Positions 9,043 to 19,358 of a DNA stretch of 64,000 nt are shown one piece after another. Numbering within the stretch: the first letter of the stretch is position 1; each line of letters starts with the position of its first letter. Source of the stretch: Bacillota bacterium (GTDB lineage Bacteria > Bacillota > Clostridia > TANB77 > CAG-508); the NCBI GenBank assembly GCA_963929525.1, contig CAWVJB010000010.1, positions 1,302 to 65,301 of the forward strand, given 5' to 3'. Position numbers and translations under genes: made by a program. The notes beneath the pieces were generated by a model. That model did no database searches. It had not been told where the DNA came from and saw only the letters and a program-made list of their open reading frames with translations.

Positions 9043-10347
9043 TTATTGTATCACCTCTAATATCATTTTTGGTTTTTCAATTTTCTTATTTTTTATTTTT
9101 ATAACTTCTAATATTTTTTTCTTTGCTTCTTCTAATTTTTCTTTTGAATTTGCATAAACAGTAACTAATTCTTCTCCTATTTCCACCTTATCTGAAACTT
9201 TTTTATTTAATACAATTCCAACAGCATAATCTATTGGATCTTCTTTTCGAATTCTTCCTGCCCCCAAATGACATACAATTTTTCCAATTTCTTTTGCATT
9301 TATACTTTCAATATATCCACTTTGTTGACTATATATTTTTTCTATATAATTTGCCTTTACAAATAAATTCGTATCCTTTATATATGAAGAATCTCCGCCT
9401 TGATTTTCTACTAATTGGATAAATTTATCATATCCTTTTTTGTTTTGTATATTTTCCAATAATTTTTCTTTGTTCTTTATCAGATTATCTCCTTTTCCTG
9501 CAAGTTTTATCATATAAGCACCTAATTCTAAAACCACTTCCTTGATATCTTCTGGCATATCCCCTTTTAAAAATTGTATTGCTTCTATCACTTCTAAAGA
9601 ATTTCCTACTGCATATCCTAATGGTTCATTCATATTTGTCAATATGCATACAGTTTCTCTATTAGCTAATTTTCCAATTTCAATCATTTCATTTGCTAAT
9701 TCTTCTGCTCTCGCTTTAGAATGCATAAAAGCTCCTAAACCACAAGTTACATCTAGTACAATTTTTTGTGCACCACTTGCAATTTTTTTACTCATAATAC
9801 TAGATGCAATCAAAGGAATACTTTCTACACAGGAAATACTATCTCTCAAACTATATATTTTTTTATCAGCTGGTGCTAAATTGAAGGTTTGTGTCATGAT
9901 ACTAATTCCTATTCTTTTCACATTTTCTATAAAGTTCTGGATATCAATATTGGTTTGATACCCTGGAATTGCATCCAATTTATCTGCCGTTCCACCTGTA
10001 AATCCTAAACCTCTACCTGACATTTTAGCTACTGGTACATCTAAAGAAGCAATTAACGGCAACAAAATTAATGATATTTTATCTCCAACCCCTCCTGTGG
10101 AATGTTTATCTACAATTACTTCATTTAAAATCGATAAATCTAAAGTTTGTCCAGAATTTGCCATTGCCATAGTCAAATCTGTTGTTTCTTGACTTGTCAT
10201 TCCATTTAAATATATTGCCATCATCAATGCTGCTGCTTGATAATCTTCTATTTTTCCTTGTGTATATCCTTTCACAAAATACTCAATTTCTTCTTTTGAT
10301 AATCCTTTTTTATCTCTCTTTTTTTCTATAATCTCTAAAATATCCAT
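9043..10347 (-). CDS. pdp: pyrimidine-nucleoside (thymidine) phosphorylase
   Basis: 434 aa with the HSTGGVGDK and SGRGLGFTGGTADKL motifs. Confidence 0.9.
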   Translation of the reverse strand: MDILEIIEKKRDKKGLSKEEIEYFVKGYTQGKIEDYQAAALMMAIYLNGMTSQETTDLTMAMANSGQTLDLSILNEVIVDKHSTGGVGDKISLILLPLIASLDVPVAKMSGRGLGFTGGTADKLDAIPGYQTNIDIQNFIENVKRIGISIMTQTFNLAPADKKIYSLRDSISCVESIPLIASSIMSKKIASGAQKIVLDVTCGLGAFMHSKARAEELANEMIEIGKLANRETVCILTNMNEPLGYAVGNSLEVIEAIQFLKGDMPEDIKEVVLELGAYMIKLAGKGDNLIKNKEKLLENIQNKKGYDKFIQLVENQGGDSSYIKDTNLFVKANYIEKIYSQQSGYIESINAKEIGKIVCHLGAGRIRKEDPIDYAVGIVLNKKVSDKVEIGEELVTVYANSKEKLEEAKKKILEVIKIKNKKIEKPKMILEVIQ

Positions 10348-10379
10348 GTTTTATCCTTCCTTGTCTAGCTGCAATTGTT

Positions 10380-10560
10380 AAACAATAGCAGATTTTCTTA
10401 AACTTTTTTCTGTTTATAATATTTTAAAGCTAGCATCTTTGTTCGATACCAAATTTTACATTACTAAAATTTGTGTGCAATCGTTAGAGCAAAGCAACGT
10501 TCTTGTATAGGAAAAGCTCAATTTTTCTTTTGAAAATAAAATGTTAAATTTTATTTTCAC
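10380..10560 (+). repeat. Rep-C module, full-length copy
   Basis: AACAATAGC...ATTTTAAAGCTAGCATCTTTGTTCGATACCAAATTTTACATTACTAAAATTTGTGTGCAATCGTTAGAGCAAAGCAACGTT plus terminal hairpins. It aligns with 19359-19516 in the same orientation. Confidence 0.8.
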
Positions 10561-10663
10561 TTTGAATTACTAAATTTAAAGTTTCATATTGTTTCCTTTA
10601 AAATGAAAAAGCCATACTCTACTATGAAAAACATTATTTTTATAAGTAAATTGTTCTTTTATC

Positions 10664-11299
10664 TTATACAAAATTTTTAATAAATGTTTTTCTATGTATA
10701 GGACATGGACCATATTCTTTTAATGCATCTATATGTTTTTTAGTTCCATATCCCTTATGATTGATAAAACCATATTGTGGATAAACTTCATCCCATTCAC
10801 GCATAATTCTATCTCTTGTTACTTTTGCTATAATCGATGCAGCTGCTATGTTATAACATGTTGCATCACCTTTAATAATAGAATCATAAGGAATACCTTT
10901 CGTATCAATATTTGTTAAAGCATCTACTAATATTAAATTTGGTGTTACATCTAATTCTTTTACTACTTTTGTAACCCCTTGTTTAGTTGCATTTAAAATA
11001 TTAATGTCATCTATAACATCTTGTCCAACAATTGCAACAGAATAGCTAATGGCTTCTGCTAAAATGATTTCATATAGCTTTTCTCTTTTCTTTTCCGATA
11101 CTTTTTTTGAATCGTTAACTCCTTCTATCATAGAATCTTTAGGCATAATTACACCTGCAACAACAACAGGACCAGCTAATGGTCCTCTTCCTGCCTCGTC
11201 TATTCCACAAATATATTTAAATCCTTTTTCATACAAATTTTTTTCCATATCTTTTAAAATGGTTAATCTTTCTATTTCTTTTTGTTTGATTGTCTTCAC
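10664..11299 (-). CDS. rnhB: ribonuclease HII
   Basis: GIDEAGRGPLAGPVV motif and typical length. Confidence 0.9.
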   Translation of the reverse strand: MKTIKQKEIERLTILKDMEKNLYEKGFKYICGIDEAGRGPLAGPVVVAGVIMPKDSMIEGVNDSKKVSEKKREKLYEIILAEAISYSVAIVGQDVIDDINILNATKQGVTKVVKELDVTPNLILVDALTNIDTKGIPYDSIIKGDATCYNIAAASIIAKVTRDRIMREWDEVYPQYGFINHKGYGTKKHIDALKEYGPCPIHRKTFIKNFV

Positions 11300-11367
11300 T
11301 CTTCTTTCTTTATTGTTTCATATATTTTTATTTCTTAACTTTTCGTAAATTTTTTTGTAAATGTGCC

Positions 11368-11895
11368 TTACATTTCAAATTCTTTAATATCTGTCAAAGA
11401 ATATTTTCCTTCATATCCTTTGGTATTATATATTTCAGCTGTCGCATTTTCTAAATTATATAGGATAATATACCATCCGTCTTCATCATTAGAGTTTACA
11501 TGTTGAATCCCCATATTCTGTAAATTTTCTGTTGTTAATTTATATACTTTTCCTTTTTCTATATCTTCTTGTTCTATTCCAATCTCTAGTAATGTTTTCA
11601 CAATTTCATCATCTACTGTAACAACAGTGCCTTTTTCTTCTCCTATTAAATTTTCTTTAGCTTTTTCATACATCGTATCTACATTAGGATTTATTCCTAA
11701 TTTAAAATTAGCATTTTCAACATATTCTTTTGCCTTTGTTTCTATTAATAACATATTTGTTTTTAGACCTTCGAGGTCTGCTTTTTTTATAGACTCTTTT
11801 CCTGTATAAAAGACTATACTTGCTAAGATAATTAAAATAATAATGGTTATGCTTAATGTAATTAAAGTAATTCCTTTTTGTTGATTTTTTTTCAT
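11368..11895 (-). CDS. prepilin-type N-terminal domain protein (pseudopilin-like), orphan
   Basis: MKKNQQKG/ITLITLSITIIILIILASIVF resembles a class III signal peptide, but Thr sits where Glu+5 is expected. AGGAGA RBS. No pilus assembly genes nearby. Confidence 0.45.
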   Translation of the reverse strand: MKKNQQKGITLITLSITIIILIILASIVFYTGKESIKKADLEGLKTNMLLIETKAKEYVENANFKLGINPNVDTMYEKAKENLIGEEKGTVVTVDDEIVKTLLEIGIEQEDIEKGKVYKLTTENLQNMGIQHVNSNDEDGWYIILYNLENATAEIYNTKGYEGKYSLTDIKEFEM

Positions 11896-12056
11896 TTTAT
11901 TTTTCTCCTAATATACCAAAATCATGCATGATTACTTTATGATAAGGAAATCACACATTTTTATTTTTTATGTATATGACTCTTTTCTATTATATCCTTT
12001 AATTTGCTTTTTTTCAATAAAATTTAGATGAAATTTCTTTTTTATTGTTATAGTGT

Positions 12057-12091
12057 GTTACAATTCACAGCTTAATAAAAGACAGTAAAAG
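12057..12091. repeat. solo, decayed MITE-D terminal arm
   Basis: GTTACAATTCACAGCTTAATAAAAGACAGTAAAAG resembles the arm GTTACAATTCACAGCCCAATAAAGGACAGGGAAAG of the element at 19524-19765. Confidence 0.5.
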
Positions 12092-12225
12092 ATGATATTG
12101 TTCAAACATCTAAAATAAACATAAATATCTGTAAAAAAACCTATTTTCTTCACAAAAAATTCACAAACCTGTTGTATTATAAGTTAAAAATAGGTTAATA
12201 TATATAATCATAGGAGGTAATATAA

Positions 12226-13497
12226 ATGGAAAATCATGATGATGAAAATAAAATAAACCATGAAAACAAATCAACTTTTAAAACTGTTTCAAATCCAGAT
12301 AATTATAAAACTGTTTATGAAATCAACAATACATCAAAAACAAAATCAAACTTTGGAAAAAATGTTTTATTACCATTTTTTAGTGGAGTAGTTGGATGTG
12401 CAGTTGTACTAGGTACTTGTTTTAGTATCCCAGCAATTAAAAATCAAATCTTAGGAAATTCTAATACTTCTAATTTTTCTACAAATACACAAACAACAGG
12501 ATATGTGGATCAAGTTTCCCTATCTAATTATTCAGATACAGCTGTTTATGCAGCCAACAAAATTTTACCATCAATTGTTGGTATCCAAATCGAATATAAT
12601 GTAACTTCCATGTTTTCTATTTTTGGTGGAAGTCAAACATCTACTGCTACTGCAACAGGTTCAGGTATTATCATTAGTGACGATGGATATATTTTAACAA
12701 ATAATCATGTTGTTTCTTCTAGTGAGGCAGAAGCATATTATCAAGTATCTGAAGCTACAAAAATTACTGTTACTTTATTTAATGATGAAAAACAATATGA
12801 GGCAAAAATTGTTGGTACTGATGAAGAAACTGATTTAGCCGTTATAAAAATTGAAGCAACTGGTTTAACAAAAGCTGAATTTGCAGACTCAGATTCTATC
12901 AAAGTAGGTGAATTTGCAATGGCTGTTGGTAGCCCTTTGGGTTTACAAAGTACAATTACTTGTGGTGTTGTTAGTGCTGTAAACAGAGAAGTGACAGATA
13001 CAGATGGAAAAACATATACTTTAATTCAAACTGATGCAGCAATCAATGCTGGTAACAGTGGTGGTGCTTTAGTAAATAGTGAAGGAAAAGTAATAGGTGT
13101 AAATACATTAAAATTAACTGGTAATGATGTCGAAGGTATGGGATTTGCTATACCAATCAATTCCACAACAGATATAACTTCGCAATTAATTCAATATAGT
13201 AAAGTAAGAAGACCTTATATCGGTGTTACAGGAATGGATTTAGATGCTGAAACTGCTAAGAAAAATAATTTAGTAGAAGGTATCTATGTAAAAGATATTG
13301 AAACATTTTCAGCCGCTGAAAAAGGTGGAATAAAAATTGGAGATGTCATTATAAAAGCAGATGGAAAAGATATTAAAACAATGGATGAATTAAATGAAAT
13401 CAAAAATTCTCATAATATTGGTGACCAAATGACAATTACAGTTAATAGAGAAGGAGAAGAAAAAGAATTAACCATTACTTTAGGCGAACAACCTTAG
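12226..13497 (+). CDS. HtrA/DegP-like S1C serine protease with PDZ domain, membrane anchored
   Basis: Catalytic motifs TNNHVV, DLAVIK and GNSGGALVN, with a C-terminal PDZ-like segment. Confidence 0.85.
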   Translation: MENHDDENKINHENKSTFKTVSNPDNYKTVYEINNTSKTKSNFGKNVLLPFFSGVVGCAVVLGTCFSIPAIKNQILGNSNTSNFSTNTQTTGYVDQVSLSNYSDTAVYAANKILPSIVGIQIEYNVTSMFSIFGGSQTSTATATGSGIIISDDGYILTNNHVVSSSEAEAYYQVSEATKITVTLFNDEKQYEAKIVGTDEETDLAVIKIEATGLTKAEFADSDSIKVGEFAMAVGSPLGLQSTITCGVVSAVNREVTDTDGKTYTLIQTDAAINAGNSGGALVNSEGKVIGVNTLKLTGNDVEGMGFAIPINSTTDITSQLIQYSKVRRPYIGVTGMDLDAETAKKNNLVEGIYVKDIETFSAAEKGGIKIGDVIIKADGKDIKTMDELNEIKNSHNIGDQMTITVNREGEEKELTITLGEQP

Positions 13498-13642
13498 TCT
13501 ATTTTATTTAATCTAGCATTTTAATAATTACTACATTTTCACTTTCAGTTCACAAAATGGACAAATTTACAATTTATAATGCAAATATAATCAGTAATGA
13601 ATTACTGATTGAAATAAAAAAACATCCCCTTTTATTTTCAAA

Positions 13643-13672
13643 AGAGAAGCCTTCGAAGCTTCTCTTTTTTTA
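13643..13672 (+). terminator. Rho-independent terminator
   Basis: AGAGAAGC...GCTTCTCT stem followed by a T run. Confidence 0.55.
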
Positions 13673-13679
13673 TCAAAAA

Positions 13680-13797
13680 AAGGTTGCCAAAGGGGACGTG
13701 TTAAAATGGCAACTTGTTAAATAATAAAATCAAGTATTTATATAATATAAAATAAATAAAAAAGTTGCCATTTTAACACGTCCCCTTTGGCAACCTT
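13680..13797. repeat. Rep-A inverted doublet, second copy
   Basis: Arms AAGGTTGCCAAAGGGGACGTGTTAAAATGGCAACTT (13680-13715) and its reverse complement (13762-13797). Confidence 0.9.
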
Positions 13798-13806
13798 TTT
13801 ACTCAA

Positions 13807-14664
13807 CTATATAATTACTAAATCCATTTCAGTTGTTAGCTCTTCATTTCCATAGGCATATATAATATAAATATTTCCATCTTTTACAAAAAACTCTTGC
13901 GAATTTTTTATTTTATACATATCATTTTCTGGATTTCTCTCAAAAATTTTATACCCTAAACTTCTTAAATCTTCCACTCTTTTATACTCTATCTGTATTT
14001 CCTCATCTATTTTATTTTGTACTTCTACTAAATTTAATTGCTTTAAATTTAAAAATTCCTCTAATGTGATTTCTTTATGATTTCTTAAATCATAATTAAA
14101 AGTTTGAATAATTAATCTTTGTGCATTGGCACCTTCTTTTAAATTTACTTTAATAATTAAAGACAGTATATCATTTTCTATTGTAGCCTCATATTGAAGT
14201 GTATAAATAATATTTTCATTTTCTGTTTGCAATATTTCTTCTGATTTTTCTTCATATGTTTGTTTGATTTCTTCATTATATGTTGCTATTGTTTCATTAT
14301 CAATATTAATATATGGAATATTTAAATTCATATCATAGCTATTTTTCTTGTTTTCATCTTTTGTATAGTATGTATACACCAAATCTTGTGCTCCATCTAT
14401 TTTTTTTATATAAATATCTGTGTTATATTCTTCTAAATGATTTTGAAATAGATTGTCAAAATTTGATTCTAATAGTTGATACTCTTCATCTTTTTTCGTT
14501 AAACTTGATCCGCCTATTGTGATTAATCTATCTAGTTCATCACTTCCATAATAGATTGACAATCCTATAATAATAATAGCTATAACACAAGTAATGATGG
14601 AACTTGTGTATATAATAACAGCTTTTGCACTGATTTTCTCCTTCTTTGGTAAATTTATTTTCAT
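13807..14664 (-). CDS. membrane-anchored hypothetical protein
   Basis: AAGAGG RBS before the Met at 14664 (MKINLPKK). One TM helix is followed by an extracytoplasmic domain. The listed ORF extends to 14727. Confidence 0.55.
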   Translation of the reverse strand: MKINLPKKEKISAKAVIIYTSSIITCVIAIIIIGLSIYYGSDELDRLITIGGSSLTKKDEEYQLLESNFDNLFQNHLEEYNTDIYIKKIDGAQDLVYTYYTKDENKKNSYDMNLNIPYINIDNETIATYNEEIKQTYEEKSEEILQTENENIIYTLQYEATIENDILSLIIKVNLKEGANAQRLIIQTFNYDLRNHKEITLEEFLNLKQLNLVEVQNKIDEEIQIEYKRVEDLRSLGYKIFERNPENDMYKIKNSQEFFVKDGNIYIIYAYGNEELTTEMDLVII

Positions 14665-14812
14665 ATAAAAACCTCTTACACTATACTCTAATCTCATTAT
14701 AGCATTTCTATATAAATATTTCAACATGAATATGACTAAATTTATTGACTATTCGTGGAATTTGGGGTATGATATATATTGTATATTTATATAGAAATGA
14801 GGAGTTTAAAGT

Positions 14813-17176
14813 ATGTTATGTTCAGAATGTAATAAAAACCCAGCTATACTTTTTTATAAAAAAATAGAAAATGGTAAAGAATCTTTAGAAGGATATTGTT
14901 ATGATTGTGCAAAAGCTAAAGGCATTAATCCTAATGAAGTATTATATAGACAAAATGAAATTTTATCTAAAGACCCTGTAAATTTAAATGATATGACCAA
15001 ACAATTTGAAACTATTTTTAAAGATTTAGCTGAAAATATTAACTTAGAAGATATCGAAAATATTGATGGTGCCATTACGTTTGAAAATGCTGGAGATGAA
15101 AATGGTGATGATGCAGGAAAAATCTCTGGTGCAGCCATTCCACTAAGTTCATTATTCTCTAATATGTTTGGAAATTCAAATAACAATAATGGTAATAATG
15201 AACAAGAATTAAATAATGGTAGAAAAAAAGTAAAAGTAGAAAAAAAGAAAAATACAAAACAAAATAAAAAGAAAAAATTCTTAGATACTTATGGTACGAA
15301 TCTAACTGCAAAAGCCAAAAACAATGAATTAGATATTGTTATTGGAAGAGATAATGAAATTAAAAGGATTATCCAAATTTTAAATAGACGTTCTAAAAAT
15401 AATCCTTGCTTAATTGGTGAACCAGGTGTTGGTAAAACAGCTATTGCTCAAGGATTAGCAATTCGTATTGCTAATCAAAATGTACCTGCAAAATTATTAA
15501 ATAAAGAAGTTTATCTTTTAGATATGACAGCTGTGATTGCAGGAACACAATTTAGAGGACAATTTGAATCTAGAATGAAAGGAATCATTGATGAATGTAA
15601 AGAATATGGAAATATCATTTTAGTCATTGATGAAATCCACAATATCATTGGTGCTGGTGATGGTGAACATTCTATGAATGCTGCCAACATCTTAAAGCCA
15701 GCCCTTTCAAATGGTGAAATTCAATTAATTGGTACAACTACTTTAAAAGAATATAGAAAATATATTGAAAAAGACTCTGCTTTGGAAAGGAGATTCCAAC
15801 AAGTTTTAGTTGAAGAACCAACGATTGATGATTCTATCGGTATTTTGGAAGGTATCAAAAAATATTATGAAGAATATCATAAAGTCAAAATTTCTTTAGA
15901 TGTTATTAGACAAGCAGTTATTATGTCTGAAAAATATATTCATGATAGATTTTTACCAGACAAAGCAATTGATATCTTGGATGAAGCTTGTTCAAGAATT
16001 AATTTGGAGAATAAAGAATTATTTACTTTAGAAAAACTAAAACAAGAATTAGAACAAGTACAAGCTGAAAAAGAAGAAGTGATTGCAGCAGATTCTACTG
16101 AAGATTACCAAAGAGCAGCTGATTTAAAAACTCGTGAATGTCAATTAATTGAACAAATTGATAAATTAAATAAAACCATGAAACCTAGACAATTAACCGT
16201 TCAAGATATTGCCAATGTTATTGAAAGTTGGACAAAAATACCTGTACAAAAAATCACAGAAGCAGAAACACAAAAATTATTAAATCTAGAAACCAATCTT
16301 CATAAAAGAATTATTGGGCAAGATGAAGCTGTAAGCGCTGTTGCAAGAGCTATTCGTAGAAATAGAGCTGGTTTAAAATCAACCAAAAGACCACCTTCAT
16401 TTATCTTTGTTGGTCCTACTGGTGTAGGTAAAACAGAACTTGCTAAAAGTTTAGCTTATGAAATGTTTGGATCTGAAGATTCTATTATCAGAATCGACAT
16501 GTCAGAATATATGGAGAGTCACTCTACTTCTAAATTAATTGGTGCCCCTCCAGGATATGTTGGTTATGATGATGCAGGACAATTAACAGATAAGGTAAAA
16601 AGAAAACCATATTCTATTATTTTGTTGGATGAAATTGAGAAAGCACATCCAGATGTATTTAATATTTTATTACAAGTATTAGATGATGGAATCTTAACAG
16701 ATAGTCAAGGAAACTCTGTAAGTTTTTCAAATACGATTATCATCATGACATCTAATGCAGGTTCTAACTTAAATAATAATTCTATTGGATTTGGAAATTC
16801 TATGGTGAACAAAAACAAAATCATGGACAGTCTAAAAGATGTGTTTAGACCTGAATTCTTAAATAGAGTTGATGAAATTGTGACTTTTGACCCACTAACA
16901 AATGAACAATTATTGCAAATTGTTGATTTAATGTTAAATGATACAATAAAAGCCTTATCAGATAAAGATATCAAAATGACTATGACAAAAGAAGCCAAAA
17001 ACTATATTTTAGAAAAAGGCACAGATATTAAATTTGGTGCTAGACCATTAAGAAGAGCTATTCAAAGATATGTGGAAGATGAATTGTCTGAAATGATTTT
17101 AAGACAACAATTATTAGATGGTCAAACTGTCAATATTGATTTTGTCGATGGAAATTTAAAATTTGAAATAAAATAG
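14813..17176 (+). CDS. clpE: ATP-dependent Clp protease ATP-binding subunit, ClpE type
   Basis: N-terminal zinc-ribbon-like MLCSECN...CYDC, two AAA+ modules (GEPGVGKT, GPTGVGKT) and a UVR-like linker. Confidence 0.85.
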   Translation: MLCSECNKNPAILFYKKIENGKESLEGYCYDCAKAKGINPNEVLYRQNEILSKDPVNLNDMTKQFETIFKDLAENINLEDIENIDGAITFENAGDENGDDAGKISGAAIPLSSLFSNMFGNSNNNNGNNEQELNNGRKKVKVEKKKNTKQNKKKKFLDTYGTNLTAKAKNNELDIVIGRDNEIKRIIQILNRRSKNNPCLIGEPGVGKTAIAQGLAIRIANQNVPAKLLNKEVYLLDMTAVIAGTQFRGQFESRMKGIIDECKEYGNIILVIDEIHNIIGAGDGEHSMNAANILKPALSNGEIQLIGTTTLKEYRKYIEKDSALERRFQQVLVEEPTIDDSIGILEGIKKYYEEYHKVKISLDVIRQAVIMSEKYIHDRFLPDKAIDILDEACSRINLENKELFTLEKLKQELEQVQAEKEEVIAADSTEDYQRAADLKTRECQLIEQIDKLNKTMKPRQLTVQDIANVIESWTKIPVQKITEAETQKLLNLETNLHKRIIGQDEAVSAVARAIRRNRAGLKSTKRPPSFIFVGPTGVGKTELAKSLAYEMFGSEDSIIRIDMSEYMESHSTSKLIGAPPGYVGYDDAGQLTDKVKRKPYSIILLDEIEKAHPDVFNILLQVLDDGILTDSQGNSVSFSNTIIIMTSNAGSNLNNNSIGFGNSMVNKNKIMDSLKDVFRPEFLNRVDEIVTFDPLTNEQLLQIVDLMLNDTIKALSDKDIKMTMTKEAKNYILEKGTDIKFGARPLRRAIQRYVEDELSEMILRQQLLDGQTVNIDFVDGNLKFEIK

Positions 17177-17185
17177 GAGATTTTT

Positions 17186-17800
17186 ATGTTAAAACATGTA
17201 CCAAACGCACTAACCATTATTCGATTTTTATTGATACCATTTATTGTAGTAAATATTTTTAATGGAAATTATATCCTTGCCTTCATATTCTTCACAGTAT
17301 CTGGTGTCACAGATATTGCGGATGGATGTATTGCAAGAAAATTTAATTTAATATCAAACTTTGGAAAATTAATGGATCCTTTAGCAGATAAATTAACACA
17401 AATTGCAACACTTGCCTCTTTAACTTTAATCCATATTATTCCTATTTGGATATTAGCAGTTGTGTTATTAAAGGAATTAATTATGATTTCAGGTGCATCT
17501 TTCCTTTATGGTAAAGATGTTGTGGTATATAGCAAATGGTATGGAAAGTTAGCAACTGTGCTTTTCTATGTTGCCATTGTATGTTCATTATTAATTAACC
17601 AATTTAACTTAGATTCTATATGGTCTAATTTAGATTTATGGTTATTCTACTTAGCTTTATTTGCTACTGTGTTTTCTTTAGTTATGTATGTAAAAGATGT
17701 TTATAAAAAAGGATTTATTGATAAAGAAGATTTAAATAAAGAAGTTACCATTGATAAAAAAGAGAAAAGGGATAGAAAAAAAAATGGAAACGCCCGCTAG
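17186..17800 (+). CDS. pgsA: CDP-diacylglycerol--glycerol-3-phosphate 3-phosphatidyltransferase
   Basis: CDP-alcohol phosphatidyltransferase motif DGCIARKFNLISNFGKLMDPLADK. Confidence 0.85.
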   Translation: MLKHVPNALTIIRFLLIPFIVVNIFNGNYILAFIFFTVSGVTDIADGCIARKFNLISNFGKLMDPLADKLTQIATLASLTLIHIIPIWILAVVLLKELIMISGASFLYGKDVVVYSKWYGKLATVLFYVAIVCSLLINQFNLDSIWSNLDLWLFYLALFATVFSLVMYVKDVYKKGFIDKEDLNKEVTIDKKEKRDRKKNGNAR

Positions 17801-17899
17801 AGGCGTTTCCTTAAGGCTTGGTAGATTCTACCAAGCCCGTTGCAATTCCTACCTTAAGTAGGAATTGCCCCCACTCTGCTTGGCACACTAAGGTGCCAA
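17786..17899. other. cluster of four different perfect GC-rich hairpins between convergent genes
   Basis: The four hairpins are GGAAACGCC-7-GGCGTTTCC, GGCTTGGTAG-4-TACCAAGCC (9 pairs plus an unpaired G, or a 2-nt loop), GCAATTCCTAC-5-GTAGGAATTGC and TTGGCAC-6-GTGCCAA. The first overlaps the pgsA stop codon. Confidence 0.7.
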
Positions 17900-17906
17900 A
17901 CCACAT

Positions 17907-18513
17907 TTACTCATAGTCTTCAATTAATTGATTTAATTCCACTCTTCCATTTGCTTCAATACCATTTTGTAATTCAATTCTATCTGTTTCTGTTAAGAAT
18001 TCTGTTGCGATATCTGTTTCTTCCACTAATTCTTCTGTATCTCCTGTTCTCAAATATACAACCACTTTTCCATCTTTCTCTCTTAAGACATAATGTTCTC
18101 CACATTCACTATCAAAGTCTCTATATAAAATAATCTGATTTCGTGAGAATTCTTCAACTGTCCACCCTTGATATTGTTCTTGCAAATCCTCCTCTGTTTT
18201 ATTTACCAATTCTGTTGGAATACTAGAATATTGTTCAATCGTATGCCCGACAATCATTGTAATGTCTTCTAAATATGATAGAACAATTGGGAGATATTTT
18301 TTCACCTTCTGAGCTTGTCTCCTCTACTAATGTGTTACCTCGTACCATTTCTTCATATTCATCTGTACATTCATCATAAATTTCTTCTTGATTTTGTTCT
18401 GCTATTTCTGTTTTCTCTTTTTCTTCTGAAAAATTCTTTATTAAAATAGCACCAATGACGATTCCTAAGATAAATAATACGATACTAGCTGAAATGATTA
18501 TACTTTTTTTCAT
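17907..18513 (-). pseudogene. BofC-like membrane-anchored protein, reading frame broken by 1 nt
   Basis: ORF 18513-18235 (TM anchor ...IIFRRHYNDC) and ORF 18305-17907 (...GHTIEQYSSIPTELVN...ECGEHYVLREKDGKVVVY...LIEDYE) overlap in different frames. Removing one base near 18246-18250 joins them as ...YNDCGHTIEQY. Confidence 0.5.
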
Positions 18514-18658
18514 TTTCTTACATTCCTTTCCAAAGATTAAATTGATTTAAAGTCCTTATAATTATCAATTTTACCTTTTCTCACCTTTTATAGTATTATT
18601 TACCTTTTTTTCTCCTTTATACATTTTTGTGTATTTTTAACAATAAAGACACAAAAAA

Positions 18659-18691
18659 AGTTGCCAAAATGGCACGTCCCTTTTGGCAACA
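18659..18691. repeat. collapsed Rep-A remnant
   Basis: AAGTTGCCAAAATGGCACGTCCCTTTTGGCAAC keeps the GTTGCCAAAA / TTTTGGCAAC stem and the ACGTCCC core. Confidence 0.6.
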
Positions 18692-18696
18692 AATTT

Positions 18697-19038
18697 TTAA
18701 TTTGCTTTTAAATAAGCAATAACAGCTTGTTTTATCAATTCATTAATAGAAATATTTTTTTCAACGGATTTCATTTTTGCTTTGTTATGAAGTTCTATAC
18801 CTAATCTTACATTCAAAGATCCTTTTGCTTGTTTCTCTGGTTTCCAATGATTTGCCTCACATACACTTAAATAATGGTCTATGGCATCTTTGAAATCTTT
18901 TTTTAATTCTTGAACGGTTTCTCCTTCAAATGAAATACTATCATTTTTTAACCCTTCTATTTCTCCACAAAAACATTCATCTTCATCACTATATTTGATT
19001 TCTGCCCAGTATCCTCGATATTTCATAATATTTTTCAT
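18697..19038 (-). CDS. hicB: HicB family antitoxin
   Basis: The N-terminal HicB fold segment (YRGYWAEIKYSDEDECFCGEIEG) is followed by a C-terminal RHH-like NVRLGIELHNKAK...SINELIKQAV. The start abuts the hicA stop. Confidence 0.75.
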   Translation of the reverse strand: MKNIMKYRGYWAEIKYSDEDECFCGEIEGLKNDSISFEGETVQELKKDFKDAIDHYLSVCEANHWKPEKQAKGSLNVRLGIELHNKAKMKSVEKNISINELIKQAVIAYLKAN

Positions 19039-19341
19039 TTATATTACCTCCCATTCTTTTAAATTATCTAATATTATTTTTATCTGATATGGTTTTAATA
19101 TGTTACTTGGATGCGGTTTATGTATTTCGATTTTTTGAATTTTCTCATTACAAAATTCTACTCTCGAACCAGAAGTTCTTCCTTTATTATTTTCATAAAA
19201 TCCTAATTTATTTAATAATGTTTTTGCTTCTTCATATGTATAATCTTTTGGTTTTGCTTTTAGTCTTTCTATTTCTTTTTCTAATTTACCTATTTTATTA
19301 TACTCCCTTCTTTTATATTTTGCAACTATTTTTAGTTGCAT
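19039..19341 (-). CDS. hicA: HicA family mRNA interferase toxin
   Basis: EEAKTLLNKLGF...GRTSGSRVEF...IHKPHP matches the HicA core pattern. Confidence 0.7.
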   Translation of the reverse strand: MQLKIVAKYKRREYNKIGKLEKEIERLKAKPKDYTYEEAKTLLNKLGFYENNKGRTSGSRVEFCNEKIQKIEIHKPHPSNILKPYQIKIILDNLKEWEVI

Positions 19342-19358
19342 TTCTTTGTAAACTATCT

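Noticed and set aside
17786-17899. Considered the GC-rich hairpin cluster as a tRNA, SRP RNA or tmRNA fragment.
   Set aside because: It shows no cloverleaf, no T-loop or D-loop consensus, and no SRP domain IV motifs. It is kept only as an unexplained hairpin cluster.
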